From the NCBI GenBank assembly GCA_039193195.1, contig JBCCWS010000004.1, positions 101,908 through 165,907 on the forward strand: a DNA stretch of 64,000 nucleotides, in the 5' to 3' direction. The notes beneath the pieces are model-generated. The model searched no databases, was not told where the DNA came from, and saw only the letters and a list, made by a program, of their open reading frames with translations. Position numbers and translations under genes: made by a program. Shown here one piece after another: positions 8,390-18,099 of this stretch; position 1 is the first letter of the stretch; every line of letters begins with the position of its first letter. The DNA is from Pseudomonadota bacterium (GTDB lineage: Bacteria > Pseudomonadota > Gammaproteobacteria > Steroidobacterales > JBCBZW01).

Positions 8390-11029
8390 ATGGCGGAAGT
8401 AACCGTTAGTCAGTTTGCCGAGACACTGAAAACGCCTGTTGATCGTTTGTTGTCGCAGCTGCATGAGGCAGGTGTGCGGGTGGATTCTGAGTCGGCGACG
8501 ATCAACGACGAGGATAAACAGCTGCTGCTCAATCACCTGCAGCGCAAGCACGGTGATTCGAATCCCTTGTCGGCGCCGAAGAAAATCACGGTCAATCGCA
8601 AGGAGCGCCAGACCCTGCGCGTCGCTGGTAGCGGGCAGGGCGGGCGGGCGCGCACGGTGCAAGTCGAGACGAAGAAGCGCCGCACCTACGTGAACAAGGG
8701 CGTGCTCAAGGCCGCCGAAGATGAAAAGCTCGAGAAGGAGCGCCAGGCCGAGGAAGCGCGTCGCCAGGAGGAAGAGCAGGCAGAAGCTGAGGCCAGGCGA
8801 CAGGCAGAGGCAGCCGAAGCACAACGCCAGGCTGAAGAGCAGGCGCGCCGTCAGGCTGAGGCCGCGGCCGAAGCGGAGGCGCGCAAGCAACAAGAAGAGG
8901 CCGCCCTGCGTCGGGAGCAGGAAGAGAAGCGTGAGCTCGAGAAGGAGCAGCGTCTGGAGCAGGAGCGTCGCGACCAAGAGGAGCGACGCCAGCGCGAGGA
9001 ATCGCGACCACGACCGGCTGCAGCAGAAGCACCACGACCGGCGCCCACGCCGCGCGCCGCGGGCGCCGGTACAGGCCAGTCGGCGGGCGCTGGCCGTGGC
9101 CGTGGGAAGGACGCAGGTGGTCGTGGCGGCCAACGAGGCGGCAAGCGCGAAGAGCTGCACGTGGCGTCCGGCAAAGGCGGAAAGCGTAGGGGCCGAGATA
9201 AGGGGCGTCGTCGCGGCGCCGTCACGGTAACCACCTCCCACGGCTTTGAGAAGCCAACTGCACCGGTGGTACGCGAGGTAGAGATACCCGAGACCATCGC
9301 CGTCGGAGAGCTCGCCCAGCGCATGGCGGTGAAGGCACCGGAGGTTATTAAGCAGCTCATGGGCATGGGCGTCATGGCCACCATCAACCAGTCCTTGGAT
9401 CAGGATACGGCCACCCTGGTGGTGGAGGAGATGGGGCACACGGCGAAGCCGCTCAAGGAAGAGGCGCTCGAGGAGACGATCCTCGAGCAAGTGCAAGCCC
9501 AGGGCGGCGAGACCGAGAGCCGCCCGCCCGTGATCACCATCATGGGCCACGTCGACCACGGCAAGACCTCCCTGCTCGACTACATTCGACGCACGCGAGT
9601 AACGGCCGGTGAGGCCGGCGGGATCACCCAACACATCGGCGCCTATCACGTGGAGACGCCGCGTGGTGTCATCACGTTCCTCGATACGCCAGGCCATGCA
9701 GCGTTCACCGCAATGCGCGCCCGCGGGGCTCAGGTCACGGACATCGTTGTCCTGGTGGTTGCCGCCGACGACGGTGTGATGCCGCAGACTGCGGAGGCGA
9801 TCCAACACGCGCGCGCCGCGGGTGTCCCGCTCTTGGTCGCCGTCAACAAGACCGATAAGCCAGACGCCGACCCGGACCGCGTGCGCCAGGAGCTGACCAA
9901 GCACGAAGTGATCCCCGAAGAGTGGGGCGGTGAGACGATCTTCGTGAACGTCTCGGCGAAGACGGGCGCAGGTATCGACGACCTGCTCGAGTCCCTGACC
10001 CTCCAGGCGGAGGTCATGGAGCTGAGCGCGGTGGCCGAAGGATCGGCTAGCGGCGTCGTGCTGGAGTCCAGCCTGGAGAAAGGACGCGGCGCGGTCGCGA
10101 CGCTGCTCGTCTCTCGTGGCACCCTTCGCGCCGGCGATGCCTTGCTGGCAGGCGAGGAGTATGGACGCGTGCGAGCCATGTTCGACGAACGCGGAGAGCC
10201 GCTGAAGCAAGCAGGCCCCTCGTACCCCGTGGTCGTGCTGGGCCTTTCTGGCACACCCAACGCAGGCGATGACTTCGTCACCCTCGAGGACGATCGCAAG
10301 GCCCGCGAACTTGCCGAGCTACGTCGCGCCAAGGCGCGCGATGCGAAGCTCGCTCGTCAGCAGGCGAGTGCGCGCGAAGCGCTTATCGCCAGCATCGGTG
10401 CCGACGGCGACGAAGCCCAGACCTTGAACATTCTCGTGAAGGCCGACGTACAGGGCAGCAGCGAAGCTCTGCACGATGCCCTGACCAAGCTGTCCACGGA
10501 GAAGGTGCACGTGAAGGTCGTCTCCCACGGCGTCGGCGGGATCAACGAGGGCGACGTGAACCTTGCGGTGACTTCGCAGGCAATCATGATCGGGTTCAAC
10601 GTGCGTGCGGATAGCGCGGCACGGGCCGCGGTGAAGGAGCACGGTATCGAGCTCCAGTACCACAGCGTGATCTACGAGGCGATCGACGAGATCAAGCGCG
10701 CCATGAGCGGCGTGCTGGAGCCGGACATCGTGGAGGAGCAGATTGGCTTGGCCGAAGTGCGCCAAGTCTTCCGCTCGCCGAAGTTCGGCGACATCGCCGG
10801 CTGTATGATCATCGAGGGCGTGGTGAAGCGAAACCTCCCCATCCGCGTACTGCGCGACAATGTCGTGATCTACGAGGGCGAGCTAGAGTCCTTGCGCCGC
10901 TTCAAGGACGACGTGCCGGAGGTGCGTGCGGGTACCGAATGCGGTATTGGCGTGCGCAACTACAACAACGTCCGCGAAGGCGATCAGATCGAGTGCTACG
11001 AACGGCGTGAGGTGGCAGCCACCATATGA
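8390..11029 (+). CDS. infB: translation initiation factor IF-2
   Basis: 879 aa. GTPase motifs: [27 protein letters not shown]. Has the E/A/R/Q-rich N-terminal region typical of IF-2. Confidence 0.97.
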   Translation: MAEVTVSQFAETLKTPVDRLLSQLHEAGVRVDSESATINDEDKQLLLNHLQRKHGDSNPLSAPKKITVNRKERQTLRVAGSGQGGRARTVQVETKKRRTYVNKGVLKAAEDEKLEKERQAEEARRQEEEQAEAEARRQAEAAEAQRQAEEQARRQAEAAAEAEARKQQEEAALRREQEEKRELEKEQRLEQERRDQEERRQREESRPRPAAAEAPRPAPTPRAAGAGTGQSAGAGRGRGKDAGGRGGQRGGKREELHVASGKGGKRRGRDKGRRRGAVTVTTSHGFEKPTAPVVREVEIPETIAVGELAQRMAVKAPEVIKQLMGMGVMATINQSLDQDTATLVVEEMGHTAKPLKEEALEETILEQVQAQGGETESRPPVITIMGHVDHGKTSLLDYIRRTRVTAGEAGGITQHIGAYHVETPRGVITFLDTPGHAAFTAMRARGAQVTDIVVLVVAADDGVMPQTAEAIQHARAAGVPLLVAVNKTDKPDADPDRVRQELTKHEVIPEEWGGETIFVNVSAKTGAGIDDLLESLTLQAEVMELSAVAEGSASGVVLESSLEKGRGAVATLLVSRGTLRAGDALLAGEEYGRVRAMFDERGEPLKQAGPSYPVVVLGLSGTPNAGDDFVTLEDDRKARELAELRRAKARDAKLARQQASAREALIASIGADGDEAQTLNILVKADVQGSSEALHDALTKLSTEKVHVKVVSHGVGGINEGDVNLAVTSQAIMIGFNVRADSAARAAVKEHGIELQYHSVIYEAIDEIKRAMSGVLEPDIVEEQIGLAEVRQVFRSPKFGDIAGCMIIEGVVKRNLPIRVLRDNVVIYEGELESLRRFKDDVPEVRAGTECGIGVRNYNNVREGDQIECYERREVAATI

Positions 11030-11115
11030 GCGGCGCGAGTCTGCCTTCCGTGCCGACTTGGCGGACTGCACCGGCGGCCCTCGACGCGGGTCGCTGCCGG
11101 TAGCGGTAGCGTGTG

Positions 11116-11493
11116 ATGGCGAGGGATTTTCAACGCAGCCAGCGGGTCTCTCAGCAGGTGCTTCGCGAACTCGCGCAGCTGCTACGAGAGGACGTACGCG
11201 ATCCCCGCGTCGGTTTCGTCACGCTGACGGATGTGGAAGTTAGCCGCGATCTAAGCCATGCGCGCGTCTTCTTCAGCTTGCTCGACCCCTCGGCCGACCG
11301 AGAGACCACAACTCTCGCCTTGCGCAGCGCAAGCGGTTATCTGCGTAGCCGTCTCGGCGAGCGCATGACGGCGCGCACGGTGCCGCAGTTGGATTTCATC
11401 TACGACCCCACAAGCGAGCAGGCTGCCCGCATGGACGGTATTTTCCGCACCCTAAAGGGAGACGGTGACAAGGCGCCGCCTGAGGACGGCTAG
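11116..11493 (+). CDS. rbfA: ribosome-binding factor A
   Basis: MARDFQRSQRVSQQVLRELAQLLREDVRDPRVGFVTLTDVEVSRDLSHARVFF aligns with E. coli RbfA from its first residue. The ATG at 11116 is preferred to the GTG at 11113. Confidence 0.93.
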   Translation: MARDFQRSQRVSQQVLRELAQLLREDVRDPRVGFVTLTDVEVSRDLSHARVFFSLLDPSADRETTTLALRSASGYLRSRLGERMTARTVPQLDFIYDPTSEQAARMDGIFRTLKGDGDKAPPEDG

Positions 11494-11495
11494 CG

Positions 11496-12413
11496 GTGGG
11501 GCAGCGTCGGGGACAGAAAGGACGGGCCATCGACGGAGTGGTTCTGTTGGACAAGCCGGTAGGCGACACCTCAAACCGCGCCCTGCAGAAGGTCAAGCGT
11601 CTCTATCAGGCGCGTAAGGCTGGACACACAGGGAGCCTCGATCCCCTGGCGAGCGGTATGTTGCCGATCTGCCTGGGGCAAGCTACGAAGGTGTCCGCCT
11701 TCCTGCTCGATGCGGACAAGCGTTATCGGGTGCGCGCCCAACTCGGGGTACGCACGGATACGGCGGACGCCGACGGCGAAGTGATCGAGGAGCAGCCGGT
11801 GCCGGCCCTCGACGAGGCTGGGGTCCGCACGGTGCTGGAGGGATTCCTGGGCGCGTCCCAACAGCTACCGCCGATGTACTCCGCGCTGAAGCACGAGGGG
11901 CGTCGGCTGTATGAGTTGGCACGCCAAGGGGTTGAGGTCGAGCGCACACCTCGCGACATCCACCTGCACGAGTTATGCCTGTTGAGCTTGGACGACCGGA
12001 CAATGGAGCTGGAAGTCCACTGCTCGAAGGGCACCTACGTGAGGACTCTGGTGGAGGACGTTGCGGCGGCGCTCGGCACCTACGCCCACGTGACGGCGCT
12101 AAGGCGCCTGCAGGTGGGTCCGTACCTCAGTGACGGTCCGCTGCTCACGCTCGAGGCACTAGAAGCGTTGATGGCCGAGGGAGGTTTGGACGCGCTAGAC
12201 GAGCGGCTGCTGCCCGTCGATAGCGCCATCTCTCACTGGCCGTCGGTACGCTTGGGCGCAGACTCGGCCTTCTACCTACGCAATGGGCAACCGGTGCAGG
12301 TACCGAGGGCACCTACCCGCGGCCTGGTGCGACTCTACGGCGAGGACGCACGTTTCCTAGGTATGGGACGGATTACGGAAGACGGGCGCGTAGCGCCCAA
12401 GCGGTTGTTTTGA
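11496..12413 (+). CDS. truB: tRNA pseudouridine-55 synthase TruB
   Basis: [19 protein letters not shown]...[23 protein letters not shown] contains the catalytic Asp motif (GxLDP). Position is between rbfA and rpsO. Confidence 0.95.
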   Translation: MGQRRGQKGRAIDGVVLLDKPVGDTSNRALQKVKRLYQARKAGHTGSLDPLASGMLPICLGQATKVSAFLLDADKRYRVRAQLGVRTDTADADGEVIEEQPVPALDEAGVRTVLEGFLGASQQLPPMYSALKHEGRRLYELARQGVEVERTPRDIHLHELCLLSLDDRTMELEVHCSKGTYVRTLVEDVAAALGTYAHVTALRRLQVGPYLSDGPLLTLEALEALMAEGGLDALDERLLPVDSAISHWPSVRLGADSAFYLRNGQPVQVPRAPTRGLVRLYGEDARFLGMGRITEDGRVAPKRLF

Positions 12414-12570
12414 GAGGGGCGTCGAGGGCGTCTTCAGCCGACAGGACCTCGATGGTCGGACACCCGGAAACAAGCGTGAAGCTTGGTGCCCGCGGACGTC
12501 CTTAACCGCACTGTCACATGATAGACTCTGCGCCCGAAATAAAGGGTTAATCAGGAAAGAGCAAAGAGCG

Positions 12571-12840
12571 ATGTCACTCAGTCCAGATCAGAAAGCGCAA
12601 ATCATCAGCGAGTACGGCCGCGGGGCCGGCGACACCGGGTCTGCCGAGGTGCAGGTTGCCCTCCTGTCGGCGCGTATCGAAGGCCTTACCGGGCATTTCG
12701 GCGAGCACAAGAAAGATCACCACAGCCGACGTGGCCTGCTGCGAATGGTCAACCAGCGCCGCAAGCTGCTCGATTACCTCAAGCGCACAGATCCCTCTCG
12801 TTACCAGAGCCTCATTCAGCGGCTCGGTTTGCGTCGCTAG
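12571..12840 (+). CDS. rpsO: 30S ribosomal protein S15
   Basis: 89 aa. [50 protein letters not shown] is canonical S15. Confidence 0.97.
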   Translation: MSLSPDQKAQIISEYGRGAGDTGSAEVQVALLSARIEGLTGHFGEHKKDHHSRRGLLRMVNQRRKLLDYLKRTDPSRYQSLIQRLGLRR

Positions 12841-12856
12841 CATCATCGCGTCTTCC

Positions 12857-12901
12857 GTCGCCGGCCTCGGGCGGGCGGCCCGGGCCCGGGCCGCGGCCGA
12901 C
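12857..12901 (+). terminator. GC-rich imperfect hairpin in the rpsO-pnp spacer (rpsO terminator and/or pnp leader processing stem)
   Basis: GTCGCCGGCC...GGCCGAC outer arms, with an inner CGGGC-gggcg-GCCCG stem. A T-rich stretch (ttctcctatt) follows. E. coli has a terminator and an RNase III-cleaved stem at the equivalent position. Confidence 0.35.
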
Positions 12902-12949
12902 TTCTCCTATTCGCCCCGGCGACACAACCCAGAGCACAGGTAACAGAGC

Positions 12950-15037
12950 GTGTTGCAAGCAGTAACCAAATCCTTTCAGTACGGTGACCACACGGTCACC
13001 CTAGAGACGGGCGTCGTCGCTCGTCAGGCTCACGGCGCAGTTCTGGTGAGCATGTCCGACACCGTGGTGCTGGTCACCGCCGTCGGCTCCACCCGCGGCG
13101 AGACCCGCGACTTCTTCCCGCTGACGGTCAACTACGTGGAGAAAACGTATGCGGCGGGGCGTATCCCCGGCGGTTTCTTCAAGCGCGAAGGACGTCCGAC
13201 CGAGAAGGAAACGCTGACCAGCCGCCTCATCGACCGCCCGATCCGTCCCTTATTCCCTAAGGGATTCTTCAACGAGGTCCAGGTAATCGCGACGGTCGTC
13301 TCGATGAATCCCGAGGTGGACCCAGACATTCCGGCCCTGATTGGCGCTTCCGCAGCGCTATCGCTGTCTGGCCTGCCGTTCCAAGGACCTATCGGCGCCG
13401 CTCGTGTGGGCTACCGTAACGGCGAATACATGCTCAACCCGACGGCGCCGAAGCTGGCCGAGTCAGACCTCGACTTGGTGGTTGCCGGCACCTCCAACGC
13501 CGTACTGATGGTCGAATCGGAGGCCAACTGCTTATCCGAGTCGGTCATGCTTGGCGCGGTGACCTTTGGTCATGAGCAGATGCAGGTAGCGATCAACGCG
13601 ATTAGCGAGCTGTCATCTGAAGCCGCCAAGCCGGCGATGGAGTGGATTCCACCGGCCACCGACGAGTCCCTCGATCAGCGCATCGGCGACGAGGCCAGCG
13701 GCGACATCGTGGCGGCCTACCAGATCGCCGAGAAGGCCCAGCGCAAGGATCGCTTGGGTGAGATCAAGGCGGCATTGGTCGACAAGCTGACTGGCGAGGA
13801 AGGCAACGACTGGAGCGCCAACACGATCGGTGATCGCTTCGCTAGCCTCGAGAAGCGCACGGTTCGCGATCGTATCCTCGATGGGCAGCCGCGCATCGAC
13901 GGCCGCGACACGGCGACGGTGCGCCCGATCGACGTGCGGGTCGGCGTGCTCCCGCGCACCCACGGCTCCGCGCTGTTCACGCGCGGTGAGACGCAGGCGC
14001 TGGTTACCACCACGCTCGGCACCGGCCGCGATGCGCAGATCATCGATGCGCTTGAAGGCGAGCGCAAGGAGCCCTTTATGCTCCACTACAACTTCCCACC
14101 GTTCTGTGTCGGCGAGACCGGGTTCATGTCCGGTCCGAAGCGTCGCGAGATCGGCCACGGGAAGCTCGCTCGCCGCGGCATCCAGGCAGTGCTGCCGGAG
14201 ATGGAGGGTTTTCCTTACGTCATCCGCGTGGTGTCGGAGATCACCGAGTCGAACGGTTCAAGCTCTATGGCCAGCGTCTGCGGATCGTCCCTCGCGCTGA
14301 TGGACGCCGGGGTGCCGATCAAGGCGCCGGTGGCCGGTATTGCGATGGGCCTCATCAAGGAAGGCGATCGCTATCAGGTCCTCACCGATATCCTCGGTGA
14401 CGAGGACCACCTTGGCGACATGGACTTCAAGGTGGCGGGCACGGAGGGCGGTGTGACCGCCCTGCAGATGGACATCAAGATCGATGGCATCACCGCCGAG
14501 ATCATGGAAACTGCCCTCGCCCAGGCGCGCGATGCCCGTCTGCATATCCTGGGCGAGATGAACAAGGTTATCCCCACCGCGCGTGAGGAGATGTCCGAGT
14601 GGGCGCCCACCATCCTTACCTTCAAGATCGATCCGGAGAAGATCCGCGATGTGATCGGCAAAGGAGGCGCTGTCATCCGCGCTATCACCGAAGAGACCGG
14701 GACGCAGATCGACATCGAGAACGACGGTTCCGTGAAAATCGCATCCGTTGATGGCGCGTCGGGCAAGGAAGCTCAGCGTCGGATCAAGCAGATCACCGCT
14801 GAGGTGGAGGTCGGCAAGATCTACGAAGGCACCGTAGCGCGTCTCATGGACTTTGGCGCCTTCGTGACCATCCTGCCCGGCAAGGACGGCTTGGTGCACA
14901 TCTCGCAAATCTCAGATGAGCGCGTCGAGCGCGTCAGCGACAAGCTCAAGAGTGGCGAGACCGTGCGCGTCAAGGTGCTGGAGGTCGACCGTCAGGGGCG
15001 CATCCGTCTTAGCATGCGAGACCTAGACGGCGAGTAG
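12950..15037 (+). CDS. pnp: polyribonucleotide nucleotidyltransferase (PNPase)
   Basis: 695 aa. The N-terminus [27 protein letters not shown] matches E. coli PNPase. Two RNase PH domains, then KH ([16 protein letters not shown]) and S1 ([18 protein letters not shown]) domains. Confidence 0.97.
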   Translation: MLQAVTKSFQYGDHTVTLETGVVARQAHGAVLVSMSDTVVLVTAVGSTRGETRDFFPLTVNYVEKTYAAGRIPGGFFKREGRPTEKETLTSRLIDRPIRPLFPKGFFNEVQVIATVVSMNPEVDPDIPALIGASAALSLSGLPFQGPIGAARVGYRNGEYMLNPTAPKLAESDLDLVVAGTSNAVLMVESEANCLSESVMLGAVTFGHEQMQVAINAISELSSEAAKPAMEWIPPATDESLDQRIGDEASGDIVAAYQIAEKAQRKDRLGEIKAALVDKLTGEEGNDWSANTIGDRFASLEKRTVRDRILDGQPRIDGRDTATVRPIDVRVGVLPRTHGSALFTRGETQALVTTTLGTGRDAQIIDALEGERKEPFMLHYNFPPFCVGETGFMSGPKRREIGHGKLARRGIQAVLPEMEGFPYVIRVVSEITESNGSSSMASVCGSSLALMDAGVPIKAPVAGIAMGLIKEGDRYQVLTDILGDEDHLGDMDFKVAGTEGGVTALQMDIKIDGITAEIMETALAQARDARLHILGEMNKVIPTAREEMSEWAPTILTFKIDPEKIRDVIGKGGAVIRAITEETGTQIDIENDGSVKIASVDGASGKEAQRRIKQITAEVEVGKIYEGTVARLMDFGAFVTILPGKDGLVHISQISDERVERVSDKLKSGETVRVKVLEVDRQGRIRLSMRDLDGE

Positions 15038-15183
15038 TTCTTCAACCGGAGCTCGCGGTGCGGTGCCTTTGGCCCCGTGCCGTACCGGTCACCTTCTAGG
15101 GCTGGCGCCTTTCGTGCGCCACCCCTTTCCCCTGTCGTGCTTCGACCTACGGCGGCTCGCTCACGCAGTGTCCGCGCCTCGCC

Positions 15184-16074
15184 TCAACTCGCTGCCAGTG
15201 CTCTTATGGATGCGCCTACGCCCCGCACCTGCTGGCTCTTTAGGTAGGCAGTAATCCTTGGCGCTAGCCAGGACTTCCAAGCGATACCCCGACTACTGCC
15301 CTGCAAGAACCCAACGTGGCCGCCATGGGCGGAGAGTTCCAGATTGACAGCGGAGGAAAGCTCGCAGGCGGCCGGGATGCCGGCGGCACTCTGAAACGGA
15401 TCGTCTGCCGCATGCAGGATTAGCGTTGGAGCACCAATGTCCTTGAGGTACTGGCGACAGCTGCTCACGGCGTAGTAATGATCAGCGGAGTTGAAGCCGT
15501 GAATTGGGGCGGTGACCAGATCGTCGAAGGTTCGCAAGTCTCGTACCCAGCGCAGCGCCTTGTAGTCAAAGGGGATTTGCGTGCTCGGTAAACCGCCGAA
15601 CTTGTCCCCCATCGATTGCTTCAGCCGGCGTAGTAGCACCTTGTGGTAAAGCAGGGAAAAGCCGCTGGAAATCGACTCGCAAGCATCATCCAGTAGAAAG
15701 GGCACCGACACTGCGACCGCTGCAGCTACGTGCCCGCTCTCATTCTCTGTGCCTAGGTACTTCAGCAGCACGTTGGCCCCCAGGGAGAAGCCAACCGCGT
15801 AGATAGGGCGCTCAGGCGCCATCGTATGTAGCGATCTGACGTAGTGTGCGAAGTCCGCCGTATCTCCGGCGTGGTAGCCGCGGGGGAGTCGGTTCATGAG
15901 ATCGCCGCAACCGCGGAAATGCAGCAGGTGGCCCTCAAGTTCAGCACGCTCGAATGCGCTGAACAGGTCCCTCGCGTAGGCGGAGTCGTATCCGCCAGCC
16001 AGCCCGTGCAGCACGACCACGCGAGGACTCCTGGCATCCGGCGATGCTGCACTCATGCTGCGCACAAGGCGCAC
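15184..16074 (-). CDS. alpha/beta-fold hydrolase, YheT/ABHD1-3-like (conserved N-terminus continues upstream to ~16206 with no canonical start codon)
   Basis: VVVLHGLAGGYDSAYARDLF, nucleophile elbow GFSLGANVLLKYLG, and HGFNSADHYY. The in-frame upstream codons encode PPFAPPPWLRNAHLQTLL...YELPDGDIV, the family's N-terminal motif (see finding). Confidence 0.8.
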   Translation of the reverse strand: MRLVRSMSAASPDARSPRVVVLHGLAGGYDSAYARDLFSAFERAELEGHLLHFRGCGDLMNRLPRGYHAGDTADFAHYVRSLHTMAPERPIYAVGFSLGANVLLKYLGTENESGHVAAAVAVSVPFLLDDACESISSGFSLLYHKVLLRRLKQSMGDKFGGLPSTQIPFDYKALRWVRDLRTFDDLVTAPIHGFNSADHYYAVSSCRQYLKDIGAPTLILHAADDPFQSAAGIPAACELSSAVNLELSAHGGHVGFLQGSSRGIAWKSWLAPRITAYLKSQQVRGVGASIRALAAS

Positions 16075-16256
16075 GATATCCCCGTCTGGGAGCTCGTAAG
16101 CGCCGTCATGAACCTCCGGCCCGGATGGCCACCTGAGGGGCTTATTGGCCAGAAGCGTCTGCAGATGCGCGTTGCGTAGCCAGGGCGGAGGGGCGAACGG
16201 TGGCAGGGGCTCTACTCGAGTGGACTTGGCGACAGCAGCTTAAGGAGAACTGGGGC

Positions 16257-16293
16257 AAAAAAAATCGGCCCCCGCCCGTGAAGGTGGGGGCCG
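16257..16293 (-). terminator. rho-independent terminator downstream of phaR
   Basis: Minus strand: GGCCCCCACC-ttcac-GGGCGGGGGCC followed by GATTTTTTTT (plus-strand A8 at 16257-16264). Confidence 0.8.
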
Positions 16294-16361
16294 AAGTGGC
16301 GAACTCCGAGGAGCCGCCAGTCGGACGCGAATACCTGATGCATGTGCAACAGCAAGGTTGC
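16257..16361 (-). ncRNA. candidate ~105-nt small RNA or attenuating leader (promoter to terminator)
   Basis: Bounded by the TTGACA-17-TATTGT promoter (16368-16396) and the terminator at 16257-16293. Internal hairpins: GCAAC-cuugcu-GUUGC and GGCGG-CUC-cucg-GAG-UUCGCC. No ORF. Confidence 0.3.
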
Positions 16362-16367
16362 GATTTA

Positions 16368-16396
16368 ACAATAACCTGAGAATTTGGTTATGTCAA
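16368..16396 (-). promoter_or_regulatory. strong sigma70-like promoter just downstream of the phaR stop
   Basis: Minus strand: TTGACA (16396-16391), a 17-nt spacer (taaccaaattctcaggt), then TATTGT (16373-16368). Confidence 0.45.
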
Positions 16397-16413
16397 CGTC
16401 GTCTCAAGGCGCG

Positions 16414-16998
16414 TCACGACTGCGGTGTGGACTCCGTCTCTGGCGAACGCTCGGCGGGCTGCGAGGCACTGGAGGCGGCGGCACTTGCGCTTGGCGCGGC
16501 AGCACCATTGCCATTCGACGGAGCATGGCTGTTCTCTTCCCCACGAGCAGGCGTGGCCCAAAGGGTGCGGAAAATCTCGTCCTGAACAGATTTCCAGCGG
16601 GAGTAGTTCTTGAGCGTGAGATTGGTGACGACGCCGACGGGATCGATCCCCACCACGCCCTTTACCTTGTCCCGGAGCTGCTGCTGCTGGCTCATGAACA
16701 TCTTTAGACTCTGTTCCATGTAGCTCGACACCATGCCTTGCATCGTGCCGCCGTAGGAACGGATCACCTGAGAGAGGAAGTCGCGGGAGAAGATCGGTTC
16801 GCCCTCGGACTCCTGCTCGCTGATGACCTGCAGCAAAATGCTGCGGGTAATGTCGGTTTCGGTCTTCTTATCGATGACGACGAAATCGATTTTCTCGATG
16901 ACCAGCCGACGGATGTCAGCCAAGGTGATATAGCGACTTTCTTCCGTGTCGTAGAGACGGCGATTTGGATACTTTTTAATCGTTCTCGGATCGCTCAT
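16414..16998 (-). CDS. phaR: polyhydroxyalkanoate synthesis repressor PhaR
   Basis: IKKYPNRRLYDTEESRYITLADIRRLV...DITRSILLQVISEQE is the PhaR N-terminal DNA-binding signature. I chose ATG 16998 (GGGAGG 7 nt upstream) over the track start 17160. Confidence 0.9.
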   Translation of the reverse strand: MSDPRTIKKYPNRRLYDTEESRYITLADIRRLVIEKIDFVVIDKKTETDITRSILLQVISEQESEGEPIFSRDFLSQVIRSYGGTMQGMVSSYMEQSLKMFMSQQQQLRDKVKGVVGIDPVGVVTNLTLKNYSRWKSVQDEIFRTLWATPARGEENSHAPSNGNGAAAPSASAAASSASQPAERSPETESTPQS

Positions 16999-17166
16999 AC
17001 CGGCAACCTCCCTGGTCCGGAGTGGCATGCCGGACGCTTTGTCATTGGTTCGTGTTAGGACGGAGCACGTAACAACCGTAGGAATGACGCATGGTACTGC
17101 GGGCAAAACGAATGTTGCAATGCTCATATGATGCTCTGCTGCGAGGCAACATGGGCGCACATGGCC

Positions 17167-18099
17167 TCAGATGTGACCGGGTTCCCAGCAAATGGCCCGC
17201 ATTCCTTGCATCGGTCTTACCGTCCAGTGCGCGATCGCCCACGTTAGCACCTGCTGGACGGACGTTCGGCGAAGTTCGCTAGGTGGCTCTTGTTGCAGGA
17301 ACTGAAGAGCGCGAAATAGCAGCGGGGCTTCGGGCGCAACATCAATGGAAGTCGCACCGTCCTGCTTGCTTAGCTTATGAGCCTGGGCGTCGATAGCGAT
17401 CGGGATGTGCGCATAAGTGGGCATTGCTGCACCGAGTTGGCGCAGGAGCAGAAGCTGGCGGAAGGTCGACGGCAGCAGGTCTACGCCCCGAACGACATCG
17501 GTGATGCCTTGGGCCTGATCGTCGATGGCGACTGCTAGTTGATAGGCAAAGAGCCCATCGCGTCGGCGCACAACGAAATCGCCTAGATCGCGCACTGGAT
17601 CGGCCCGATGGAATCCCTGGATGCGGTCCGTGAAGGCGATCGGCGTGGGTGAAGCATCCGCGCACAAGCGCCAAGCGATGCCGATGGCAGGCCCGGAGAT
17701 CCGATCGTCGAGAGGGTGCAGGGCGCGTCCGCGACAGGTGCCCGGGTAGAGCGGGCCTTCGCTCGTCTGGCGAGTCGCGGCCTGGGCAATCTGTGTACGC
17801 GAACATTCGCAGGCGAAGAGGGCACCGGCGGTTTGTAGCCTTCGCAGAGCTTTCCAGTAGTGTGAACTACGGGCGCTCTGAAATGTGACCTCACCGTCCC
17901 AGTGCAGGCCTAGGCGTTCGAGTGAGCGTCGGATGGCGTCCGCAGAGCCGCGGCGTTCGCGCGGTGGGTCGATGTCCTCGATGCGTAGGAGCCAGCGGCC
18001 GCCGGCGGCGCGAGCGTCTAGGAAACTCGCCAGCGCAGCGGCGAGCGATCCAAAGTGCAGTGCCCCCGTGGGCGAGGGCGCAAACCTTCCGACGTACAA
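17167..18099 (-). CDS. gluQ: glutamyl-Q tRNA(Asp) synthetase
   Basis: GRFAPSPTGALHFGSL (HIGH-type motif), WLLRIEDIDPPRE, and HKLSKQDG (KMSKS-type motif). About 310 aa with no anticodon-binding domain. The adjacent dksA gives the conserved dksA-gluQ pair. Confidence 0.92.
   Translation of the reverse strand: MYVGRFAPSPTGALHFGSLAAALASFLDARAAGGRWLLRIEDIDPPRERRGSADAIRRSLERLGLHWDGEVTFQSARSSHYWKALRRLQTAGALFACECSRTQIAQAATRQTSEGPLYPGTCRGRALHPLDDRISGPAIGIAWRLCADASPTPIAFTDRIQGFHRADPVRDLGDFVVRRRDGLFAYQLAVAIDDQAQGITDVVRGVDLLPSTFRQLLLLRQLGAAMPTYAHIPIAIDAQAHKLSKQDGATSIDVAPEAPLLFRALQFLQQEPPSELRRTSVQQVLTWAIAHWTVRPMQGMRAICWEPGHI

Noticed and set aside
8700-9230. Repetitive E/A/R/Q-rich coding DNA in infB as a possible independent repeat element
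   Set aside because: It is the usual low-complexity N-terminal region of IF-2, in frame with the GTPase domain.
8372-10210. 612-aa minus-strand ORF covering most of infB
   Set aside because: It is antisense to an unmistakable IF-2 gene. The translation is a low-complexity Leu/Arg/Ala string. This is a typical shadow ORF of high-GC DNA.
16999-17160. N-terminal extensions given by the ORF track for phaR (to 17160), queF (to 19719), yciB (to 30912), yciO (from 30798), gyrA (from 41511), rimP (from 6307) and ubiG (to 40101)
   Set aside because: In each case the homologous protein family begins at an internal ATG that has a plausible Shine-Dalgarno sequence or start-stop overlap. The extensions are non-conserved and Arg/Pro/Cys-rich.
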